Origin: a virus
IMG/VR virus record: IMGVR_UViG_3300032334_000315
Coordinates: 90,690 to 154,689 of that record
DNA length: 64,000 nt
Direction: 5' to 3' (one strand)
Part shown: positions 48,980 to 57,825 of the stretch, one piece after another
How positions within the stretch are numbered: the first letter of the stretch is position 1
Layout: every line of letters starts with the position of its first letter
Program-made: the position numbers and the translations under genes
Notes under the pieces: model-generated
The model's database searches: none
What the model was told of the DNA's origin: nothing
The model's input: only the letters and a program-made list of their open reading frames with translations

Positions 48980-49013
48980 TATTTATAATACATGGAAAGA
49001 GGGTGTTTGTCAA
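48980..49013 (-). promoter_or_regulatory. Sigma70-type promoter plus overlapping late box upstream of the tmRNA
   Basis: TTGACA-17 nt-TATTAT, overlapping an exact TATAAATA at 48987-48980. Confidence 0.75.
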
Positions 49014-49109
49014 GCAGATAATTTCTGGCTGATGCTTCTGACCAATTGTTGATGCAGATATATCGTGGGCAATCCCAGTACATAAACATGAACGAGGTAA
49101 AATGTTCAC

Positions 49110-49802
49110 TCATGCGAACTCCGACAAACTGGCTTTAAGCCTACGCTCGTAGCCATCGCGCACACGAACCAAATCAGCCACATAATCATTTCGCTTGCCT
49201 TCAAACACATCAAAATCACCTTCGTCTGATACAATCAGAATTGCAAAGTCCAGTGTACGGATGCTAGTGTGCTCCTCGAACATGATAGAGTAAGCGGTGG
49301 CCTGTAAGAAATAATCGTGGATTTGGTCGCGTGTTTTCTGGCGTATGGATGTTTTGAAATCAACCACAGTTGGCTTGCCATTCCATTCGCAGATAAGATC
49401 GGCTGTGCCAGCAATGCGAAGAATGTCGGAATACATTGCTGATTCTGTAGCATACACCAACTGGAGATTGGTGTCAACGCATTTCTGCACCTTGCGGAAT
49501 CTTTCAACAGTGGCTGGCATTTCTTTAGCCAAATTCAAATCATCACCAAGAATATATTTCTCCATGATAGAATGAAGGGCTGTACCACGCCTAGCAGCTC
49601 CCTGGCTGATCTTATTAGCCTCGTCCGCACCCACGCGAGCGCGCCACTCCGCGATGGACTTTTTCTTTTCTGGCTGAGAAGAAAGGACAGTTGTGATTGA
49701 TGGGTAGACGTTTGCCTCAGGCGTCGAATACCGACGCCCAAGGTCTGTGTTGATCTGCTTTGCTTTTGGCAAATCTATGTGCATATCAAAGTCAAATTTC
49801 AA
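49110..49802 (-). CDS. PD-(D/E)xK exonuclease
   Basis: YPSITTVL, WRARVG..EA, RGTALH, IAGTADLI...VVDFKTS, YFLQATAY. Confidence 0.85.
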   Translation of the reverse strand: MKFDFDMHIDLPKAKQINTDLGRRYSTPEANVYPSITTVLSSQPEKKKSIAEWRARVGADEANKISQGAARRGTALHSIMEKYILGDDLNLAKEMPATVERFRKVQKCVDTNLQLVYATESAMYSDILRIAGTADLICEWNGKPTVVDFKTSIRQKTRDQIHDYFLQATAYSIMFEEHTSIRTLDFAILIVSDEGDFDVFEGKRNDYVADLVRVRDGYERRLKASLSEFA

Positions 49803-50587
49803 TTTATGATGCCTCGCTCTTCCAGATTGATTCGTGTAATTATATAGTCTTTCACGAAGCCCGAGCGGACGATATCACCTTTCTCAAACTTTACAATTTC
49901 AAAGGACTTCATATGGTCTGCAATCTTCAAAAGATTTGGCATGCCAGATCCTTCGCGCATGTAGTCCTTCTGGTTGAAGTCGCCACATAGAATGATACGA
50001 CAACCTTCACCAACACGGGTCATAATGGTATTCAATTCAGCATCGCTCATGTTCTGGCATTCATCCACGATGATGATGCTATTCTTGTATGTGATACCGC
50101 GAAGGAATGAAGTGGTGCAAAATTCAATGTAGTGATTTGTTTTGAACCACTCATATGGATTTGGCTTGTCAACTAACTCAGCACATATTGCGGAGTAAGG
50201 TGCTTCATAGACTGCGGCCTTTTCCTTCGCGCTACCTGGAAGAAATCCAATGTCACGCGATGGTACTACGCTGCGAATGATAACGATAGGCTTTGGAGCT
50301 TCACCAGATAATACCGAATGGAGTGCGAGATATAGAGAAAGGAATGTCTTACCAGAACCAGCGACACCATGCAGAATCATATTCTTGCCTGCATCATATG
50401 CCTCGAACACTTTACGCTGTGCTTCTGTCTTTGGTATAATCGACTTCAATCGTGGTGGTGGTACAAACGACGGTTGGCCGTATGATTTTGTCTTTCGCTT
50501 TTTTTCTTTTCTACCTCGTCTTGTAATGTACTTATCTGCCTCTTGCTCTAGGAACTTCTCGTTAACCACCTCAGCGACTAGGGACAT
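49799..50587 (-). CDS. phoH: PhoH-family ATPase
   Basis: GVAGSGKT, RDIGFLPG, FLRGIT, IIVDECQN, TRVG, CGDFNQ.D, DIVRSG. Confidence 0.93.
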   Translation of the reverse strand: MSLVAEVVNEKFLEQEADKYITRRGRKEKKRKTKSYGQPSFVPPPRLKSIIPKTEAQRKVFEAYDAGKNMILHGVAGSGKTFLSLYLALHSVLSGEAPKPIVIIRSVVPSRDIGFLPGSAKEKAAVYEAPYSAICAELVDKPNPYEWFKTNHYIEFCTTSFLRGITYKNSIIIVDECQNMSDAELNTIMTRVGEGCRIILCGDFNQKDYMREGSGMPNLLKIADHMKSFEIVKFEKGDIVRSGFVKDYIITRINLEERGIIN

Positions 50588-50627
50588 ATAATTCTCCGTT
50601 GGATGTTACAGGAACATAACGAACGTG

Positions 50628-50861
50628 CTACCAAACATTTACCGTACTTCTAGGGTGCTTCTTTTTGATTGTCTTGAGGATATCATTGAAGCCCGAGTCG
50701 GGTTTATTGCGGGATGAGATTACGCCTGACACGATTGGAGGCGCGGAAAGACTTTGACGTAGGTGGGGATTTTCTGCGAGATACTTTTCCAGCTCTGAGT
50801 ATGACATGAACTCGCTGGTAATCTCGTTGGTCTGAATATTCTCAATACTGTACATGGGCAT
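50628..50861 (-). CDS. Small conserved protein (FmdB-like, no Cys)
   Basis: MPMY...MSYSELEKYLAENPH...PDSGFNDILKTIK; a type usually found upstream of phoH. Confidence 0.55.
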   Translation of the reverse strand: MPMYSIENIQTNEITSEFMSYSELEKYLAENPHLRQSLSAPPIVSGVISSRNKPDSGFNDILKTIKKKHPRSTVNVW

Positions 50862-50891
50862 AGTGAAAAGTTCTCTCTGTGGTTCTAATTC

Positions 50892-50903
50892 TATTTATAA
50901 ATA
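50892..50903. promoter_or_regulatory. Bidirectional late promoter palindrome TATTTATAAATA
   Basis: Exact TATAAATA on both strands between divergent genes. Confidence 0.75.
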
Positions 50904-50921
50904 ACTGTAAAGGAGAAAATC

Positions 50922-51203
50922 ATGGATCAATGGTTCAAATTAGTTGCTGAAGTTGGCTTCCCTATCGCGGCTGCGTGTGCGGGTGGCTATTTCGTATTCC
51001 TCACAATGAAGTTCATTCTAGCAGGTGTTATGTCCAGTGTCAAGGGACTATCTGGCATCATCACCGCGCTGGACAATCGAGTAAAGACAATGAACCACGA
51101 TGTTATTCGTATTGACACGCTGGTTTCTAATGCTCTTGGTGTGAAGCCAGATGTGGATCGTATCGCAAGAGCTGATGGTAAGAATGATGCAAGGAGAGAC
51201 TGA
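50922..51203 (+). CDS. Small membrane protein (YvrJ-like GFPI motif)
   Basis: VGFPIAAACAGGYFVF TM helix followed by a coiled coil; AAGGAG RBS. Confidence 0.65.
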   Translation: MDQWFKLVAEVGFPIAAACAGGYFVFLTMKFILAGVMSSVKGLSGIITALDNRVKTMNHDVIRIDTLVSNALGVKPDVDRIARADGKNDARRD

Positions 51204-51643
51204 TGGACGGTATTGCTGATCTGATAAACAAATATGGCTTTCCTATTGTCGCAGCTGGTGGCATGGGCTACATGATTTATTATGTGTGGACATGGGCCAC
51301 AAAAGAAATCAAACCTGTTACAAGCGAAGCGTCTACCGTTCTCATTGCTTTGATTGACCGCATTCGTATGCTCGACAACGACCTTATTCGTTTGAACCAG
51401 AAAATCAATATTGTTCTTCAGTTGCGTGGTAAAGAGATTGAATCCGAGCGCCACTTGCATGACGTTGAGACGGCAGCTAAAGCACAAGCTCGTGAACTAG
51501 AAGCTGCGGACAAACAGGTCAAAGCTGCTGAAGAACTAGCAGCCAAGCATCATAACAATGCTGTCGAAGTAAATGGTAGGCCCGTAGCGAACCCAGAGCA
51601 AAATACCAAGCAAGAGCCAAACCAGAAAAATAAGAAAGTATAA
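51203..51643 (+). CDS. Small membrane protein, paralogue of 50922-51203
   Basis: YGFPIVAAGGMGYMIY...ALIDRIRMLDNDLIRL aligns with ALDNRVKTMNHDVIRI. Confidence 0.65.
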   Translation: MDGIADLINKYGFPIVAAGGMGYMIYYVWTWATKEIKPVTSEASTVLIALIDRIRMLDNDLIRLNQKINIVLQLRGKEIESERHLHDVETAAKAQARELEAADKQVKAAEELAAKHHNNAVEVNGRPVANPEQNTKQEPNQKNKKV

Positions 51644-51647
51644 TATC

Positions 51648-53705
51648 TTACTTGCTGTTGGTACGGAATACGCCATCCCAATCCTTAGGTAGAGGATTCT
51701 TTTTATAGTCCTCCACGCGCTCTTTCATCATTTCATAATACTCTCTTAGATCACCACCAAATGCCGATTCGAGTACGTGGAAATAATTTTCAAGTCTGTC
51801 CCATTCCTGTGCGCGATAGTATTTGATGAAGTCTGCGTGTGTGCGAGCATACGCCTTATTGATACCAATCTTTTCAACGATGGTGTATATCTTCACACCT
51901 TCGCTCTTACCCTTCACAGCAAGGCAATCAAGTTCCACACATAGATATTCATCCTTCACATATTCATAAGTCTTAGGACCAATGACCATCTTCACATGAT
52001 ATGGCTTGCTCTGCCCTTCCAGGCGCGAGGCTAGATTGACAGTATCACCGAGGCAAGTATAATCAAAACGTTGGTTACTACCCATATTGCCAACCACAAC
52101 GGAGCCTGTGTTAATCCCAAGACCCATACCAAAGGGTGGAACACCCTCAGTGGCGATCTCTTTGTTAAATCGTTCCAAATCACCTAACATCTCCAGTGCT
52201 GTTTTAACTGCATGTAATGCATGGTCTGCGTCATCAAGTGGCGCATTCCAGAATGCCATCTGCGCGTCACCGATATACTTATCTAGTGTGCCATCGTTCT
52301 GAATTATCTTAGCTGTCATCGCTGTCATGTAGCGATTCATTATTTTCGTAAGGCCCTGTACGTCATTACCGTAATGTTCAGAGATAGTCGTAAAGCCCCT
52401 AACGTCAGTAAACATGATAGATAGCTCACGGGTCTCTCCTCCCAAGCACAATAGTTCTGGATTCTTTTGTAGTTTCTCGACTAGTGCAGGTGAAAGGTAA
52501 GTACCGAACTGCTTTTTGATTTGTTGCTTTAGTCTAAACTCGCGAGCGAAATTGTTGAATACCAAGTGCCCATATACAACAGTTATAGCCAATACGATAT
52601 AGCTTGCATCCCATAGCTGTAACTCTGTTTTGAATAAATAATAACTCGCTGCTGATACTCCAACCACAATGAAAGCGTAGAATGGAACCGTTAACGCTAC
52701 CGTCAGTCTTGGAACTATATGGAGCAATAGTAGTAGCATGGTGGTTAGTAGTGCTCCTTCTATTAGCCTTCCTACGTTGGGGCGAGAAATAGAAGTTCCG
52801 TCTACCAGTGTTTGGAGTGTCTGCGCCTGAATCTCATGGGCCCACTTCTCACCGATTGGTGTTGCTATGATACCACCAACACCTTCAATCGTTAGACCAA
52901 GAATAACAATCTTGTCCTTCACGCGAGCATCTATCTCGGTTGCTTCTAGCGTATCAAACTTGGTATTCCAAGTCAACCAGATACGACCTCTTTCATCGGT
53001 TGAGATTGGTGGAAAAGCTGGGACTCTTACAGCCTCTATTCCACCTTCGTTCGTCTTAACTTGAAAGCTAGGGTCTCCAGCAGCGACACGAATGGTCTCC
53101 AAAGGAATGCTAGGATAAAGACCAGATGCAATATTGACAAGTAGAGGCATACGGCGAACCACACCGTCCAATTCAGAGATTGTTGCGACCACACCAACGC
53201 CTGAGGCAACTTCGGCATACTGGTCAAGAGGGCGTAATCCACCAGGCCAACGATAGACAACCCTAGCAGGATCAACAGGACCGATAGCAGCGAACCCACG
53301 ACGAACCGAGTCAGGCTTACTGTTTTGAGTAGTAGGGGTTTGAGCGAGGACAACACCTTCAAGAGTTTTTGCCAGTTCATCATCGCCTCCTGCTCTATCT
53401 TTCTCAGAGAATAGAATAGGCGCAACGATTACCGAAGCGCCGTTCTCTTTTAGTTTATTGATTGTCTTTGCGATATCTCTGCGGTCAAATGGCCACTGAC
53501 CAAACTTCTCGACCGACTTCTCACCAAAGTTAACAATTACAATCTCTTCTGATTGTTTCTTCTCCAGAGAAGTTATGAAGAGGTCGAACGTATTCAATTG
53601 TAGCTTTTGTATTGGACTGGGATTGACCACATACAATGTCAACAGGAGACAGGCGCTGATGGCAACCATCCATGTGCTTGTAAGAAACTTGACTAGCTTT
53701 TCCAT
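51648..53705 (-). CDS. CHASE2-domain class III adenylate cyclase
   Basis: N-terminal TM; CHASE2 motifs GQWPFDR, DGVVRRMPL, KDKIVILG; TM helices; cyclase motifs MFTDVRGFT, LDKYIGDA, GINTG..VVGNMGS, DYTCLGDTVNLASRLEG. Confidence 0.93.
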   Translation of the reverse strand: MEKLVKFLTSTWMVAISACLLLTLYVVNPSPIQKLQLNTFDLFITSLEKKQSEEIVIVNFGEKSVEKFGQWPFDRRDIAKTINKLKENGASVIVAPILFSEKDRAGGDDELAKTLEGVVLAQTPTTQNSKPDSVRRGFAAIGPVDPARVVYRWPGGLRPLDQYAEVASGVGVVATISELDGVVRRMPLLVNIASGLYPSIPLETIRVAAGDPSFQVKTNEGGIEAVRVPAFPPISTDERGRIWLTWNTKFDTLEATEIDARVKDKIVILGLTIEGVGGIIATPIGEKWAHEIQAQTLQTLVDGTSISRPNVGRLIEGALLTTMLLLLLHIVPRLTVALTVPFYAFIVVGVSAASYYLFKTELQLWDASYIVLAITVVYGHLVFNNFAREFRLKQQIKKQFGTYLSPALVEKLQKNPELLCLGGETRELSIMFTDVRGFTTISEHYGNDVQGLTKIMNRYMTAMTAKIIQNDGTLDKYIGDAQMAFWNAPLDDADHALHAVKTALEMLGDLERFNKEIATEGVPPFGMGLGINTGSVVVGNMGSNQRFDYTCLGDTVNLASRLEGQSKPYHVKMVIGPKTYEYVKDEYLCVELDCLAVKGKSEGVKIYTIVEKIGINKAYARTHADFIKYYRAQEWDRLENYFHVLESAFGGDLREYYEMMKERVEDYKKNPLPKDWDGVFRTNSK

Positions 53706-53968
53706 CAGTATTGGCTAACGATATAAGGGCTATTGGGACAATTGAGACCACAAGTAACACTAAGACTAAAAGACTGAGGCGTGTTTCCAGATTGAGATAC
53801 AATAGCCGAGATATTATTGCCAGTGAAATTAAGGGTAGCACTATGATTAGCACCAGACTGAGTAATACTAACATTCTGTAAGGATCCTATGATGTTCACG
53901 GTTGCATTGTTCACTGTCTGCGATAGCGCAGGCGTTGTCATTAGAAGGAGCGCGATTAAAGTTTTCAT
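53705..53968 (-). CDS. Small secreted curlin-like protein
   Basis: Signal peptide then NVSITQSG / AIVSQSG beta-repeats and a C-terminal CGLNC. Confidence 0.6.
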   Translation of the reverse strand: MKTLIALLLMTTPALSQTVNNATVNIIGSLQNVSITQSGANHSATLNFTGNNISAIVSQSGNTPQSFSLSVTCGLNCPNSPYIVSQY

Positions 53969-55077
53969 CAGTTGCCCTGCTTTATAGTTATCGTTGTGGT
54001 TCCAGCACTGTTTACCATCTGCGTCACTGAACCACCATCCTGAGTCAGATTCAATGTCATGTTATGCGTAGTTGCTACCGTTAGTTCCATATATGAGTTA
54101 TACGATTCGCGGTAGAGTACGACGTTATCCTGTTCAACAAAATACTTTAGGCCTGTTGAAGCATTATATTTAGGTAGTAACGCATTGAACTCCGCAAGCT
54201 CGTTAGTTAACATCTGTGAACTGGATAGGTCTAGAAAGTTCATTAAAAAATCACTATCAAGAAAGTTCTTATCTAGTTTGTTATACTCTGTAAGGTAGTT
54301 CTTTTCAAGTTCGCTGTATTTGAGAAAATCAATGCCAAGTAAATCTGCGTCTAGTACGTTTGCGATACGCTCAACTGGTTGCTCACGCACAACAGGTTTT
54401 GCTGGTGCTACGATAAGCATATTATTTATCTGATCCAAATTCAAGTTCATAATGCTGGATTTTGGTGTACTGATACTGGTCTGCACATTGACAGTCTCAA
54501 ATGGTTTGGTTAACCAGATAGTGCCCATATCCGTAGTAACAGATATGGAACCAACCACGCAGTCGCGTTCAATATTTCGCCAACCAGTAGGGCAAGAAGG
54601 AAGCAAAATAATAGTAGAACGACCAATCTCATCGACGGTACCTGAGAAATCAGTTCCGCGGACACCGATTGTTGCTGTTGGTGTTTCCACCATGACTTGT
54701 TGCGGATCTGATTTAGCAATTTGCCCGGATGCATATTTGATAGTGCCGAGCGCCATCTTGATGCCAAGCTTGCCAGTTTTCTTTTCACCGTCGTAAACAA
54801 AATTGTCAATGACAAGGCGGCTGTGCTCCGTTATCTGAACTTTCGTATCATCTTGGAATGTGATACCAGTTTTGCCATTCGCAGTCGTGATGGTATCTTT
54901 CATCTCAACGCCACTAGCTAGTGTGCTGGAAATCAAGTTAGCATCACGCTTTATTTCTGCTGGGCCTGTTTGCTCTGTGACCTTACCAACTTCACCTTTA
55001 CTGGTGGTTGGACTTAATAAGAAGAGTATTGCCAGAACCAGTGATTGTAGAAATGACCTTAGAGTCAACACCGCCAC
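53968..55077 (-). CDS. FecR-domain exported protein
   Basis: DTITT...ITFQDDT.V.I.EHS.L.ID, VETPTATIGVRGTDF; C-terminal TITIKQGN. Confidence 0.85.
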   Translation of the reverse strand: MAVLTLRSFLQSLVLAILFLLSPTTSKGEVGKVTEQTGPAEIKRDANLISSTLASGVEMKDTITTANGKTGITFQDDTKVQITEHSRLVIDNFVYDGEKKTGKLGIKMALGTIKYASGQIAKSDPQQVMVETPTATIGVRGTDFSGTVDEIGRSTIILLPSCPTGWRNIERDCVVGSISVTTDMGTIWLTKPFETVNVQTSISTPKSSIMNLNLDQINNMLIVAPAKPVVREQPVERIANVLDADLLGIDFLKYSELEKNYLTEYNKLDKNFLDSDFLMNFLDLSSSQMLTNELAEFNALLPKYNASTGLKYFVEQDNVVLYRESYNSYMELTVATTHNMTLNLTQDGGSVTQMVNSAGTTTITIKQGN

Positions 55078-55675
55078 CTTGCTTTATATCTACAGTGTTT
55101 GTTGCACCTAAGATATTCACATCGGCTTCATGACCATTCGTAGATGCTACGCCTGTCTGAATGATGTTGACACTATTGCCACCACCACCGTCAATTAGAA
55201 CCGTACTCTTCGCACCCGCGACTGCGCTGGAATCATTCTCTATGTTTACGGTGTTGTTGTCTGTGTTTACCGTCACGTTGGATATCGTGAACCCCTCGGC
55301 CTTCTGCGTGATGGTATTGTTATCGCCTGTGATGGTGTTATTTAATGTTGAGCCAGTACATGTGCCACTGACACCGCATTGCATGTTGATGGTGTTGTTA
55401 TCACCAGTAACGAGTGAAGACGCGGTTACGCCATCGCCCTGAACATTGATGCTCATAAGGTTGGTGTTACCGATCTGGTCGATAGTGACAGTATTATTCT
55501 GCCCGTTGAATATTGCTTTGTCGGTAGAATTTCCAATCACGTTCGAATTGCCAGTCTGAGTCATAGAAATTGTAGAACCACTACCGATTTGGTCTACATA
55601 CACACTATTGCTCGCGGCGTTTGCATATTGAAGCATAACCAAGAATGACAAAAATGCCAGTCTTGTACGTTTCAT
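54998..55675 (-). CDS. Curlin-like (CsgA/CsgB-type) repeat protein
   Basis: Signal peptide; roughly 11-residue N-x-h-x-h-x-Q-x-G units (NSVYVDQIG, NTVTIDQIG, NSVNIIQTG, NTVDIKQGG). Confidence 0.75.
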   Translation of the reverse strand: MKRTRLAFLSFLVMLQYANAASNSVYVDQIGSGSTISMTQTGNSNVIGNSTDKAIFNGQNNTVTIDQIGNTNLMSINVQGDGVTASSLVTGDNNTINMQCGVSGTCTGSTLNNTITGDNNTITQKAEGFTISNVTVNTDNNTVNIENDSSAVAGAKSTVLIDGGGGNSVNIIQTGVASTNGHEADVNILGATNTVDIKQGGGVDSKVISTITGSGNTLLIKSNHQ

Positions 55676-55680
55676 TTTGT

Positions 55681-56484
55681 TTACCTCTTCTTGATACTCC
55701 AGAGCTTCTTTTTGGCTCCCTCTTTTATCATATCGACCACTGCGGCTTCTATTGCTATTCTAACTGCATATGTTGTAGGTTCATTCGCTGCTGTCCCAGC
55801 TTCAAACTCGACAGACCTCGTACCTGCATCAACAAACTTAAACACATTCGCACCTGCGCTGGTGCTTAGAATAGTCTTAGATGATCCAGTGGACAACAGG
55901 ACTTCACCTGTGTTTATGGATATCAAACGCAGAACCACCGTGACTTCATCCTTACGGTACTCTTGGTTGGCTCCAACGCCAAGGAATCGTGCGCCAATAC
56001 CACCAGTGCCAATGTTTGAATCAAAGCCAACAATACCACCATCAATCATAATGCCTGCGACGGTTAGTGGTGTAAGCGGCTTTGCCTGATCCTTTTCGTA
56101 TAGCTCACGTTGGCTACGAATGAGCTGGCGTTCCTTCACCAGGTTCTCAAGCGAGGCCCGCTCTACCACTTGAAACCACCGACCTCTACCGGCGTCCTGG
56201 AGAGCTTTTATGAGGAATACCTCTGCACCCTGCGTGACTGCGGAACTCAAGCTGGCAAAGTTGGTAGCCGGCTTGCGTTGACCAGTCATATCCGGGAAGC
56301 GGTAGACGGCAATCGGAATTACCGGACCATCCACACCTCTCATATTAGCCAACTCATTGAACCGCTTGTTCATAATAATCTCTGGTGCGTCCGCTACCTC
56401 TTCAATCACATCCTTTGACATAAGCGTTGGCTGGCAACCAGCTACCAACAAACACGCAAGAACCATACCAAAAATCTTTACCAT
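55681..56484 (-). CDS. csgG: Curli secretion channel lipoprotein CsgG
   Basis: Lipobox VAGC; IAVYRFPDMTGQRKP, SSAVTQGA..FLIKAL, WFQVVER..LENLVKERQLIRS, NEPT..AVR.AIEAAV. Confidence 0.93.
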   Translation of the reverse strand: MVKIFGMVLACLLVAGCQPTLMSKDVIEEVADAPEIIMNKRFNELANMRGVDGPVIPIAVYRFPDMTGQRKPATNFASLSSAVTQGAEVFLIKALQDAGRGRWFQVVERASLENLVKERQLIRSQRELYEKDQAKPLTPLTVAGIMIDGGIVGFDSNIGTGGIGARFLGVGANQEYRKDEVTVVLRLISINTGEVLLSTGSSKTILSTSAGANVFKFVDAGTRSVEFEAGTAANEPTTYAVRIAIEAAVVDMIKEGAKKKLWSIKKR

Positions 56485-56918
56485 GCTAAACTCCCGTAGG
56501 GAACCACAACCTCTGTGACGCTACCAGCTGCGTCGGTTATTCGTAATGTAATCTGAGAACCATCCGATGACCATTGGACATTGTTGGTTGCTATGCTAAA
56601 TGTGCCAGATGTGGCGCCGTTGTCGGAGAACAGTTGCTCGGCTATCTTCTGCGAGAGTGTAGCATATACGCGGCTCTCGAGGTTATTGATAAACTTCGCA
56701 AGGTTCGTATTCTTAGCATCCGATGCAGCCTTAGCTGCGGCTGCTACCTTGTCGTCCATGATCTTTTGGCGTCGTGTCTGTTCCAGATTCTCAATGGTTA
56801 GCACATGCGAAGAAAAGCCCACACCTGAGAAGGCGGGGCTTTTAAAATTGAACTGAAGTTCAGTCGCATATAGTGGCATTGCTACCACACATAACAAAGC
56901 TACTAGAAGCTTTCTCAT
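56478..56918 (-). CDS. csgF: Curli assembly protein CsgF
   Basis: Signal peptide then ELQFNFKSPAFSG...HVLTIEN, FINNLESRVYA.LS, ITD..G..TEVVVP; adjacent to csgG. Confidence 0.85.
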   Translation of the reverse strand: MRKLLVALLCVVAMPLYATELQFNFKSPAFSGVGFSSHVLTIENLEQTRRQKIMDDKVAAAAKAASDAKNTNLAKFINNLESRVYATLSQKIAEQLFSDNGATSGTFSIATNNVQWSSDGSQITLRITDAAGSVTEVVVPYGSLAW

Positions 56919-56923
56919 GCACC

Positions 56924-56931
56924 TATTTATA
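56924..56931 (-). promoter_or_regulatory. T4-type late promoter for the csgF operon
   Basis: Exact TATAAATA ending 5 nt before the csgF ATG. Confidence 0.75.
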
Positions 56932-57616
56932 TGTCAACAGATGCAAGAACACCTCTGAGCGAAGGAAATGCATTCGCAATCTCTTCCCAAGCCTGCATAG
57001 CAATCTGACGGTGTTCCTTCTGAGTGCCCGCTTCTGTTCTCACTTCGCAATAATGGATCCAACTGCGAAGGCTACCAGCCATATACATCCGACTAAGAAT
57101 AAGTCCCTCAGGCAGTACAGCACGAGCTTGCTCCTTGGCAATTCCGTTATTGATAGCCCACTTGTAGACTTGCTCTGAGTGTTGCAACAAAAATTCTTGA
57201 TACTCTTTCCAATCACTGGCAAGTTTTTCGTCGTCCGTCTCAACCGAGTTCTGTCGATTTTTTGTGTCTTGTAGACGGGCTTCACGGGTAACGAACCCCA
57301 TGTCTTTTGTGGGATCGGCATAGCGTTGACTAAACTCCTGAAAACGGAATGAACGGTGACGCAGGATCTGTCTACCAATATCACGGGTGGTATTGATTTC
57401 CATCACCACATCAACCATCTCAAACGGCGACCAATGCTTATGCTTCGCAAGGTACTTCAAAAGCTTTGAAGCTGTCAGTGAGTTATTCTGGTTAGATGGA
57501 TTACTCACGCGGGCCACGTATGCGATAAACTCATCAACCGAAAGCTTCTGAGGATCACCAGGTGCATCCGTCCAAATCTTCGGTTCTGTCATAGCAATAA
57601 TTTTAGCAGTGTTCAC
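56927..57616 (-). CDS. thyX: Flavin-dependent thymidylate synthase
   Basis: ARVS, HWSPFEM, QILRHRSFRFQEFSQRY, AKEQARAVLP, TQKEHR. Confidence 0.95.
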   Translation of the reverse strand: MNTAKIIAMTEPKIWTDAPGDPQKLSVDEFIAYVARVSNPSNQNNSLTASKLLKYLAKHKHWSPFEMVDVVMEINTTRDIGRQILRHRSFRFQEFSQRYADPTKDMGFVTREARLQDTKNRQNSVETDDEKLASDWKEYQEFLLQHSEQVYKWAINNGIAKEQARAVLPEGLILSRMYMAGSLRSWIHYCEVRTEAGTQKEHRQIAMQAWEEIANAFPSLRGVLASVDI

Positions 57617-57825
57617 AGCTTAGCTTCCTCAATTAGATACATAACTTGCTTAGCGGACTCTTCGACTTCCCATGTGATTGGTGTGCCCATTGACGAGTGG
57701 ACAAATGTAGTCAAGCTACCATCTTTCATCTTAGCATGGTCATACACCGCAGTGATATGATGGATATTAACGTATAGAGGCTCGTCTTGAAATCCTTCGG
57801 AACAATTTTTTAACTTGATGAACAT
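57613..57825 (-). CDS. Small hypothetical protein (FlbD-like pattern)
   Basis: MFIKL...PLYVNIHHITAV...WEVEES; start moved to MFIKL. Confidence 0.5.
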   Translation of the reverse strand: MFIKLKNCSEGFQDEPLYVNIHHITAVYDHAKMKDGSLTTFVHSSMGTPITWEVEESAKQVMYLIEEAKL

